Below, piece by piece: positions 6,876 to 14,168 of a stretch of DNA of 38,895 nucleotides. A program made the position numbers and the translations under genes. The DNA is from a virus (taxonomy: Duplodnaviria > Caudoviricetes). The notes beneath the pieces were generated by a model. It was given only the letters and a program-made list of their open reading frames with translations, ran no database searches and was not told the origin of the DNA. The stretch lies in IMG/VR virus record IMGVR_UViG_3300027974_000072, positions 1 to 38,895 of that record; one strand, written 5' to 3'. Every line of letters begins with the position of its first letter. The stretch's first letter is position 1.

Positions 6876-9023
6876 TTAACAAGAATTCACTGTTGCCACT
6901 CCATCTGTATATACATATGTGTTAGGGCTATACACAAAATAACCATTATAGGTTGTAGGTCCAGAAGAATTAACATATGCAATAGAACTACTATTAAATT
7001 CGCTAGTCTCAAGCCAAATAATTACACCATTGCCTCCTTGACTAGGGCAGAGATTGCCCTCAAATGAGTAACGTGGAGCCTCCGTAGTAGACGTGGTCGG
7101 CTCAGGACAACTAGTTGATACCGCTCCTCCATTTGTATAGAAATATGTCGATCCACCGTATATAAAATAACCAGAATATGTTTCGGGTCCAGTAGGTCCA
7201 ACATATGCAGTAGAAGACTGACTCCATCCGTTATTAGCCTCAGTATAAACTGATATACTACCTCCCGCATTGCAAGCTTGGCCTAGATATTCGAAACGGG
7301 GAGCCGTAGTCGTAGGCGCAGCCGTAGTCGTCGGCCCAGATGTAGTCGTTGTCGGCGCAGCCGTAGTCGTAGGCGCAGCCGTAGTCGTCGGCCCAGATGT
7401 AGTCGTTGTCGGCGCAGCCGTAGTCGTAGGCGCAGCCGTAGTCGTCGGCCCAGATGTAGTCGTTGTCGGCGCAGCCGTAGTCGTAGGCGCAGCCGTAGTC
7501 GTCGGCCCAGATGTAGTCGTTGTCGGCGCAGCCGTAGTCGTAGGCGCAGCCGTAGTCGTCGGCCCAGATGTAGTCGTTGTCGGCGCAACCGTAGTCGTTG
7601 GCGTTATTACTTCTTTACATACTCTAAATTTAATAAAAGTTGTTCCACTGGGAATAAATATGCCAGAACTAGCGACAACAAAATTGGTGTCTCCCCAAAG
7701 AAAGGCAGAAGATTCTTCATTTTGATTCGCTATTGCATTATATCCTCCCATCAACCATCCTCTCTGTCCGTAATAGCTTCCTTGAACAAGTTCAGTATTA
7801 TTATAGGTTTTTGCTCTAGTTCCAAATGCAACAGAATAATTTTCATGAGCTTGATTTTTATATCCACCCAAAACAACGGATGATCCACCCAATGCTGCGT
7901 TTATTGCTCCACCAAGAATAGAAGAATTACTTCCTTGATTTGATATATAATTTCTCTGCCCACCAAAAATATTTGAAAAAGATGCAAGTGTCCAATTTCC
8001 TGTTCCGCCTATTGTAACAGAAGAATTTCCTGATGCCCAATTTCCTGTTCCTCCTATTGAAACAGAGGCTGGTCCTACTGATTTATTTCGATTGCCTCCT
8101 ATTGTAACAGAATGGTTTCCTGCGGCAACTTGCACTATAGAGTTTCTGCTTAATTGTAAATCTACAGAATACGGACCTCTTATTGTTCCGGTAGTTATTG
8201 GACCTTGATTTCTTGCAACTAATCCGGTATTACTTGTTTGAATAACTCCACCCGCTCCAGTTAGCAGTCCACTTAATAATTCAACACATTCACCTCCTGT
8301 AAGGAAATAGTTGACTTCTGTAACTTCATTTATTTGTTGAGTAATAAATGGTTCTCCATTTAACTGAAGTTCTCCTACAATATTTGTTATTCCTTGGAGA
8401 GTTGAGTTGCCAATAACAGTTGATGGACCAGAAACTGTTAATCCTCCAGTTGATTCAATTGTTGTTCTTCCAAAGACTCTAAGAGGACCATAAACATCTA
8501 ATGTTCCAGTAACGTCAACATTTCCTCTAAATTCTGCATCAGTTGAGATAACGTCAAAAACTCCTGATTGATAAAAATTGCCACGAATATCTGTGTTTCC
8601 AACGATTCTTGTTATTCCAGTTATTGTTGTTGGTCCCGTTATGCTTACAGAGCCAGCGTTTCTAAAACTTCCATTATTTACAGAATTACCAACTACATTA
8701 AATCCTCCATTAGTAACGTTCAATCCTCCCGTAAGAGTTTGAATGTAAGATGTTCCAAGAATATCAACGCCGTTTAATATTCTATCAAATTCAGAATCAC
8801 CCGCTACCCTTATTCCACCAGTTAATCTATTAATAAAAGAGTCTTGCCCAACACCTCCAGTTATGTAAAGTTGGGTAGAATTAATTGTTCCACGATTATT
8901 TATATTACCATTAAATAATGAAATATTTTGACCCGTCAAGCCATTTTGATCAAATAATCTATGCGCCTTTGTTATGGCGGCATCGGCCTGAGATGCGTTC
9001 AAAAATAAATTATATGTGGCCAT
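6876..9023 (-). CDS. Tail fibre/adhesin-like virion protein with mucin-like stalk and two tandem C-terminal domains
   Basis: G/N/V-rich beta repeats, SVTIGGxxN repeats, a roughly 100-aa PTTT stalk, and a duplicated ~65-aa Cys-bracketed domain. Confidence 0.75.
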   Translation of the reverse strand: MATYNLFLNASQADAAITKAHRLFDQNGLTGQNISLFNGNINNRGTINSTQLYITGGVGQDSFINRLTGGIRVAGDSEFDRILNGVDILGTSYIQTLTGGLNVTNGGFNVVGNSVNNGSFRNAGSVSITGPTTITGITRIVGNTDIRGNFYQSGVFDVISTDAEFRGNVDVTGTLDVYGPLRVFGRTTIESTGGLTVSGPSTVIGNSTLQGITNIVGELQLNGEPFITQQINEVTEVNYFLTGGECVELLSGLLTGAGGVIQTSNTGLVARNQGPITTGTIRGPYSVDLQLSRNSIVQVAAGNHSVTIGGNRNKSVGPASVSIGGTGNWASGNSSVTIGGTGNWTLASFSNIFGGQRNYISNQGSNSSILGGAINAALGGSSVVLGGYKNQAHENYSVAFGTRAKTYNNTELVQGSYYGQRGWLMGGYNAIANQNEESSAFLWGDTNFVVASSGIFIPSGTTFIKFRVCKEVITPTTTVAPTTTTSGPTTTAAPTTTAAPTTTTSGPTTTAAPTTTAAPTTTTSGPTTTAAPTTTAAPTTTTSGPTTTAAPTTTAAPTTTTSGPTTTAAPTTTAPRFEYLGQACNAGGSISVYTEANNGWSQSSTAYVGPTGPETYSGYFIYGGSTYFYTNGGAVSTSCPEPTTSTTEAPRYSFEGNLCPSQGGNGVIIWLETSEFNSSSIAYVNSSGPTTYNGYFVYSPNTYVYTDGVATVNSC
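7302..7602 (-). repeat. 57-bp higher-order tandem repeat, about 5 copies (SGPTTTAAPTTTAAPTTTT)
   Basis: cccaga recurs at 7335, 7392, 7449, 7506 and 7563; internal copies are nucleotide-identical. Confidence 0.95.
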
Positions 9024-9032
9024 ATCGATTTA

Positions 9033-9037
9033 TACAC
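9033..9037 (-). promoter_or_regulatory. GTGTA motif, 9 nt before ATG 9023
   Basis: Minus strand reads ttttttttGTGTAtaaatcgatATG. Confidence 0.55.
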
Positions 9038-9079
9038 AAAAAAAACCCTACCCGCAATTTTTCAATTGATCGGGTAGGG
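9038..9079 (-). terminator. Rho-independent terminator
   Basis: CCCTACCCG...CGGGTAGGG stem with a U8 tail on the minus strand, just after the 9097-9420 gene. Confidence 0.85.
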
Positions 9080-9096
9080 AATAAACAAAATTTAAA

Positions 9097-9420
9097 TCAC
9101 TCTGCCGCTTTTGAAGCAAGCCTTTTACCTGCTTGAATCGAATCTGCCACATCTACGAGTCCTTGAACCCCTGCGTAACCAAGAACAATCTTGGCGGTCC
9201 AGCCGACAAGTTGTGTGGTAATTTCTTCAGAGATTCCCATAGAGAGAAGAATAAAGGTTGAGGTTGTAACGAGGATTGCTCCACCGATTGTGACCCATAA
9301 TTTTCTTGAGGCTAATTTGCTAGTATTCATTTGTGTTATTGCTGTGTTTACTGTTGAGATTGTTTTAATTTTACCAAATAAGGTTTCAGTTTCTAATTCT
9401 TCTTTATTAAATGGTGTCAT
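9097..9420 (-). CDS. Holin-like membrane protein (2 hydrophobic helices; alternative start at 9330)
   Basis: KLASRKLWVTIGG motif followed by two hydrophobic segments and a basic C-terminus. Confidence 0.55.
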   Translation of the reverse strand: MTPFNKEELETETLFGKIKTISTVNTAITQMNTSKLASRKLWVTIGGAILVTTSTFILLSMGISEEITTQLVGWTAKIVLGYAGVQGLVDVADSIQAGKRLASKAAE

Positions 9421-9607
9421 TGTGATTTGGAAAATTGGAATTGAATTTTGAAATTAATTCTTCTTTTTCTTCTACACCCAAAGATTCGTAAATGGAATCC
9501 GTCTTTTCTCTCACAGCAATGTCAATAATGAACAAAGCCTCTTGATGCGATAAAGCACCAAGAAGCCCTTGGAAAATCATTGATTTAATCTTTTCCTCTT
9601 CTGTCAT
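9407..9607 (-). CDS. Hypothetical protein
   Basis: 66-aa ORF, TGATG-coupled to the upstream gene. Confidence 0.6.
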   Translation of the reverse strand: MTEEEKIKSMIFQGLLGALSHQEALFIIDIAVREKTDSIYESLGVEEKEELISKFNSNFPNHNDTI

Positions 9608-9876
9608 CAGAATGGAATACCGTCTGATAGATCCTTTTGTGGCGAAGATGTTTCTTTAGAAGAAGTTTCCTTTTGCCCATCCTTTTCGAATTGGGAATCG
9701 TCATAGATCCTATAATATGGAAGACTAGAACCCTCTTCGTAAAACTTGTTTTTCCAAACAGAGACTCTTTTGCCATTAATAGTTCCCGAAAGGAACTTTG
9801 ATCCATTTGGAGATTCCTTAAGCCAAAGTGCGCCAAGCTCTCTTTCCTTCCAGTTTTTGTTTTTGTTATCACTCAT
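9607..9876 (-). CDS. DUF736-like small putative ssDNA-binding protein with SSB-type tail
   Basis: ELGALWLKESPNGSKFLSG...PYYRIY; ends SDGIPF. Confidence 0.65.
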   Translation of the reverse strand: MSDNKNKNWKERELGALWLKESPNGSKFLSGTINGKRVSVWKNKFYEEGSSLPYYRIYDDSQFEKDGQKETSSKETSSPQKDLSDGIPF

Positions 9877-10045
9877 ATGCATCCATTATAACATCTTTTG
9901 ATAAATTGTCAAGGAAATTTCTTCTTTCATTCCAAGGAATTTTATTATAGGTTTTTTTCATTCTACGATAAGCTCTTCTTAAGATTGGGTTTTCTTTATC
10001 GTATCCAATGATGTTTTTGATTTCTTTAATCTTTTTAGCGTTCAT
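9869..10045 (-). CDS. Small basic hypothetical protein (58 aa; below the track cutoff)
   Basis: MNAKKIKEIKNIIGYDKENPILRRAYRRMKKTYNKIPWNERRNFLDNLSKDVIMDAYE; fills the gap and overlaps the next ATG by 8 nt. Confidence 0.55.
   Translation of the reverse strand: MNAKKIKEIKNIIGYDKENPILRRAYRRMKKTYNKIPWNERRNFLDNLSKDVIMDAYE
9885..9912 (-). promoter_or_regulatory. sigma70-type promoter with extended -10
   Basis: TTGACA-N16(ending TGt)-TATAAT-N8-ATG 9876. Confidence 0.85.
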
Positions 10046-10086
10046 TTTTTGATTATATTTCGTAACATGCTTATTTCAAATAATAA

Positions 10087-10091
10087 GTGTA
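10087..10091 (+). promoter_or_regulatory. GTGTA motif, 9 nt before ATG 10101
   Basis: aaGTGTAactatttttATG. Confidence 0.55.
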
Positions 10092-10100
10092 ACTATTTTT

Positions 10101-10931
10101 ATGGCGATCCCTATCGACATTGAAGACGCTTGGCAAATTTCGCCTCATAGGAATAACAATATTCCTTTCAATTATATTTATGACAAACAACTTGAAAAGT
10201 GGGTTCCACAAACAAAACAAACAAACTTAAATTCTCAATCAGCAATTGAATCGGCGTCTGCTTTTGTAAGACAACTTGGACGCAATGAAGATATAGATAC
10301 TTCTGCTTCCGATTCTTCTCCAGAAACTGTTTGGTTAGGTTCTTCTTCGTATGTATTTCCTCCAGATGTAGGAACGGGTATTCAAATGCATTCTACAAAC
10401 AATGCAGATACGCAACAAGTAGTAATAGAAGGTTTGGATGAGAACTTTTTAATAAAATCTTGGACAGGAAATTTAAATGGAACAGGCTATGTAAATACCA
10501 TAGGTAAGTGGGCAAGAGTTTTTGGAGCATATAATAATAGTTCTACTTCTTTTATTGGCACTGTTAATATTCATCCAAGTGGAAATGTCTCTTCTAATTA
10601 CTTGCTAATTAATGCAAATGATAACCAATCATTAATGGCTGTTTATACTATTCCCGCTAATTATACAGGCTATTTAGTTTCTTATGGAATGTCTGCTCAT
10701 TTTGATGGCACTTCTTCTCATAATTTTAATGCTAAAATAAAAACAAGGGAATTTGGCAAAATCTTTAGAACTCAAACTTCAAATGCTTTTGGAACTACGG
10801 AAGCTGTAGAAAGATTTCTTACCTTTCCTATTAAGCTTCTTCCAAAAACAGATATTAAATTAGATATTGTTTCAGCTAATGCAAATAATGGACATGTTGA
10901 TGCTGAGTTTAGCATTGCTCTTATAAACTAA
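10101..10931 (+). CDS. Hypothetical beta-rich phage protein (probably virion)
   Basis: 276 aa; GRNEDIDT..PETVW, VVIEGLDEN and AVYTIPANYTGY segments. Confidence 0.75.
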   Translation: MAIPIDIEDAWQISPHRNNNIPFNYIYDKQLEKWVPQTKQTNLNSQSAIESASAFVRQLGRNEDIDTSASDSSPETVWLGSSSYVFPPDVGTGIQMHSTNNADTQQVVIEGLDENFLIKSWTGNLNGTGYVNTIGKWARVFGAYNNSSTSFIGTVNIHPSGNVSSNYLLINANDNQSLMAVYTIPANYTGYLVSYGMSAHFDGTSSHNFNAKIKTREFGKIFRTQTSNAFGTTEAVERFLTFPIKLLPKTDIKLDIVSANANNGHVDAEFSIALIN

Positions 10932-10949
10932 AATTTGATCAAAAAACGC

Positions 10950-10977
10950 TTGACTTTTGAGAAAGATGTGGTATATT
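10950..10977 (+). promoter_or_regulatory. sigma70-type promoter with extended -10
   Basis: TTGACT-N16(ending TGg)-TATATT-N8-ATG 10986. Confidence 0.8.
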
Positions 10978-10985
10978 ATTGCTGT

Positions 10986-11198
10986 ATGAGTAATAAAATG
11001 CAAAACACACTGTCGGGCCTTCGTGGGCGTTTCTTCGGAATTGAAACCTCACAAGGAGAAAGGATCAATGCTCAACTTGTTAGTGTTACACCTTCCTATG
11101 TAAACATTTGGGATCGTAACGCTAATCGAGTTCGTCGTCTTGCTAAGAGTTCGATTTATTCGCTATCTGTTGCCGGAAAGACTGTTAAGGCTAATTGA
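10986..11198 (+). CDS. Small basic protein, Sm/Hfq-like fold suspected (70 aa)
   Basis: Own promoter and terminator; FGIETSQGERINAQLVSV...VNI...LAKSSIYSL pattern. Confidence 0.6.
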   Translation: MSNKMQNTLSGLRGRFFGIETSQGERINAQLVSVTPSYVNIWDRNANRVRRLAKSSIYSLSVAGKTVKAN

Positions 11199-11222
11199 TA
11201 AAATTAAACAAATTAATCCACT

Positions 11223-11251
11223 AAAGGGAGGCCAAAAGCCTCCCTTTTTTT
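11223..11251 (+). terminator. Rho-independent terminator
   Basis: GGGAGGC-caaaa-GCCTCCC followed by T7. Confidence 0.9.
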
Positions 11252-11268
11252 GTGTATATCAATGTGTA

Positions 11269-11916
11269 ATGAAAAGAATAGCCTTATTATCTATATTTAT
11301 CATACTATTGGTAGCGATTTTTTCTATCCAATATTATTCTTATAGTATGAGTTTTAAGGAAATATCTACTTCATTAGGTGTTTTTGTTGCCTTTTGCGGG
11401 GGCTTATTTTATGTTTGGCAAAAGGTTTTTTTCCCATTACTCAACAAGGGAGATCAATGGGTCTCTTATATGAAGAGTCTTTTCGAATCTGTTGAAATGA
11501 TTTCAAAAGAATTGCAACCCAATCACGGAGCTTCTATTAAAGATTCTGTTAATAGAATCGATTCTAAGCTTTCAATTATCGAAACAGAAATTTCAATATC
11601 AAATGATAACGGAAGTGGACCACTCTTTAAATGTAATAAAAATGGTTTTAATTTAAGCGTTAACAGAAGTTATTGCAGAATGATAGGATGCAGCAAAGAC
11701 GAGTTGCTAGGTTTTGGCTGGAAACGCTTTACATCTAAACAAGGAGAAGATTGGCAACAATCTCTTCAAGAAGGTCGCGAAGCGTCTTATGATGTTATTA
11801 TGGAAAGCGTCGAAGGAGAAACGTTGCCCCTAGAAACTCACTGTTTTCCTGTTTTAGATTCAAAAGGAGAAGTTATCCATTATGTCTGTTTTTTGAGAAA
11901 AATGGAAAATAATTAA
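11269..11916 (+). CDS. Membrane-anchored PAS-domain protein
   Basis: Two N-terminal hydrophobic helices, helical linker PNHGASIKDSVNRID, and PAS-like NGFNLSVNRSYCRMIGCSKDELLGFGW; GTGTA at 11252. The TTG start at 11140 would cross the terminator. Confidence 0.7.
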   Translation: MKRIALLSIFIILLVAIFSIQYYSYSMSFKEISTSLGVFVAFCGGLFYVWQKVFFPLLNKGDQWVSYMKSLFESVEMISKELQPNHGASIKDSVNRIDSKLSIIETEISISNDNGSGPLFKCNKNGFNLSVNRSYCRMIGCSKDELLGFGWKRFTSKQGEDWQQSLQEGREASYDVIMESVEGETLPLETHCFPVLDSKGEVIHYVCFLRKMENN

Positions 11917-14168
11917 ATCAGTTCTTTTTCTTTTAAGAATTCGTTAATTTTGCTTTCCAGCGTTTTCATCTTGTTCTTACTAAGATAAGAATCTTCGGCT
12001 ATTTCATTAGCGATTTTAACAATCGAAAAGTCAAATTTTAAACCCTTTTCTGCAAGGTTGTTTTTGATTCTTTTCATCGAATCTTCGGTGATCTTTTTGA
12101 GAGACTCTTTCGTCAAATTGTTCAGCTTAATTTGATAAGAAACGAATTCATTAATATCTTTACTAATCATTGCCTTTTCCTCTTGAGTATTGCCACTGGC
12201 AAAGCCAAGATTGGCGGATTCAATAGATGGAGTTGAAATAATAAATACAACATTAGAAAAGTCTGAGATCTCACCATCCTTCTTTGTAATCCTTCCCTCT
12301 TTGAAGATTTGTCGAAAAGCAATACCGCATTCGGCATCGTTGATTTTATTAAAGTCATCAATTATTACCACACAATTTGGTGAAATTGAAACCTTCTGAG
12401 CTAAAGAATTTCCATCTAGATCGGCGGAAATAACTTTGTTAACACTATCGAATTCGATACCATTATACTCAAGAACTAATCCATTGTTCATTTTAATTAA
12501 ATTAGCAACAGAAGAGCAAAAGAAGGACTTGCCGTTATTCACTTCTCCATGAATACAAAACACAGAAGGTGCTTTATTTGGATTCAAAGCTTGGAGGCCC
12601 AAACTTGACATCTTTAATTTTTTAATAAAGTTGTTAATCGCATCTTCTTGTCCAATCATTGTATTCAGCAAATGTTCTGAAAGATTTGGAATATTTTCTT
12701 GTTGATAAAGAAAGTTTACCTTCTTATTAAAGAAAGCTCTCAACACATCAATTGTAACCTCAGACTCTCCAAGAAGAACCTTATTACCCCAATCGTTCAT
12801 TTTATCTTCAAAATCATTAAGATATTTTTCATCTAGAGTTTCTTCGGCCATTGCTGCTAGTTCTTTTATCTCTGGAGAGATCTTCCAAAAATCAACCTTG
12901 GCCAAGGCTCCACAATAATCAATAACATCTATCGCCTTATCTGGATAGAATCTATTAGGCATATATTTCTCACACATTGGAATGAGGTTTTCCACAAATT
13001 CTTTTGAATATTTTGTATTGTGAAACTTCTCATAAAAAGAAACTATCTTAGGTATAATTTCTTGCATCTTAAAAGCAGAAGGAGCATTAACAATGATGCG
13101 CTCAAATCTTCTATCAAGTGCAGTGTCCCTTTTGATTACGCGATTATATTCGCCAATAGTTGTTGCACCAATGCAAGAAATCTCGCCTCTTGCCAATGCT
13201 GGTTTTAAAATGTTACTGGCATCTAATTCGTTTTCTCTCGTTCCTCCTGCTCCAACCAATGTATGAATTTCATCAATAAAAAGAATTAGGTTAGAACACT
13301 TTTTAGCTCTATCTGTAAAATCTTTTAAACGTTGTTCAAATTGTCCTCTGTATTGAGTTCCCGCAACCATGTCAGAAAGGTTAACGGTATAAATAACTTT
13401 ATCCAAAAGAAGCTCTGGAGCAGTTCCATCTTGAATTTTCTTTGCCAATAATTCAACGTTACTCGTTTTTCCTCCACCAGCAGGACCAATCAAAATTGCA
13501 TTAGGCTTCCTTTGTTTACAAAGGATTGTTGCCAATTCATCAAGAACATCATTAAACTGAATCAAATTATCAAATTCACCATTTTTAGCTTTGATGTTTA
13601 AGTTTTCTCCGAAAGAAGAAAGAATGGGATCATTTTCATTTTGATTTAAAATAATGTTTTTATTACTTTTGGCCAGAGTCTGAATAATTGATTTTAAAGA
13701 TTCTTCATCACTCTCTGAAAGAGGTTCATAAAATAAAGAAACATCTTCTAGTTCATCATCTAAATATTTATCACATAGTGATAGGATTTCTTCTTTTTTA
13801 ATATCTTTTAAAAGATCCTTAATAACTTTGCCATATTCCAATATAAGAAAAGATCTCAATAAGACAACGAAACAAAAATCAATATTTTTTTCATCTACAA
13901 ATCTTTCACTCTCCGAAATGATTTCTTTGACTTTTTTATTAAACTTATACGAGGATTGTCCCTTTTCTTTTTCTGAAAGAACTTTATTTGATAAATTTAA
14001 AAGACTTCTTGATTCAATGCCAACACTTCCAAAAATGTTAATTATCCCAAGATTGTCATAACCAATAACCGAATGAAACAAAACATCTTCATCTATTCTT
14101 TTTAATGAAAATTGAGTTGTAATATCGTTAGTAATATTTGTTAAAATTTCCAATTGATTATTTTTCAT
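11913..14168 (-). CDS. ClpA/ClpC-like Hsp100 AAA+ ATPase
   Basis: GPAGGGKT, AGTQYRGQFEQRL, LFIDEIHTLVGAG, LKPALARG, DTALDRRF, PDKAIDVID; degenerate second AAA module. Confidence 0.9.
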   Translation of the reverse strand: MKNNQLEILTNITNDITTQFSLKRIDEDVLFHSVIGYDNLGIINIFGSVGIESRSLLNLSNKVLSEKEKGQSSYKFNKKVKEIISESERFVDEKNIDFCFVVLLRSFLILEYGKVIKDLLKDIKKEEILSLCDKYLDDELEDVSLFYEPLSESDEESLKSIIQTLAKSNKNIILNQNENDPILSSFGENLNIKAKNGEFDNLIQFNDVLDELATILCKQRKPNAILIGPAGGGKTSNVELLAKKIQDGTAPELLLDKVIYTVNLSDMVAGTQYRGQFEQRLKDFTDRAKKCSNLILFIDEIHTLVGAGGTRENELDASNILKPALARGEISCIGATTIGEYNRVIKRDTALDRRFERIIVNAPSAFKMQEIIPKIVSFYEKFHNTKYSKEFVENLIPMCEKYMPNRFYPDKAIDVIDYCGALAKVDFWKISPEIKELAAMAEETLDEKYLNDFEDKMNDWGNKVLLGESEVTIDVLRAFFNKKVNFLYQQENIPNLSEHLLNTMIGQEDAINNFIKKLKMSSLGLQALNPNKAPSVFCIHGEVNNGKSFFCSSVANLIKMNNGLVLEYNGIEFDSVNKVISADLDGNSLAQKVSISPNCVVIIDDFNKINDAECGIAFRQIFKEGRITKKDGEISDFSNVVFIISTPSIESANLGFASGNTQEEKAMISKDINEFVSYQIKLNNLTKESLKKITEDSMKRIKNNLAEKGLKFDFSIVKIANEIAEDSYLSKNKMKTLESKINEFLKEKELI

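Noticed and set aside
6876-7300. DGR template/variable repeat pair
   Set aside because: The two domains differ by indels and at all base types, and there is no reverse transcriptase in the window.
7270-7725. Antisense and alternate-frame ORFs over the repeats (VVGAA-rich and RLRL-rich; also 5703-5948, 6219-6497, 6226-6495)
   Set aside because: Shadow frames of stop-free GC-rich repeats; silent-site variation supports only the PTTT frame.
9585-9872. 95-aa alternative-frame ORF
   Set aside because: Overlaps the better-supported 9607-9876 gene, which has promoter spacing, a family motif and TGATG coupling.
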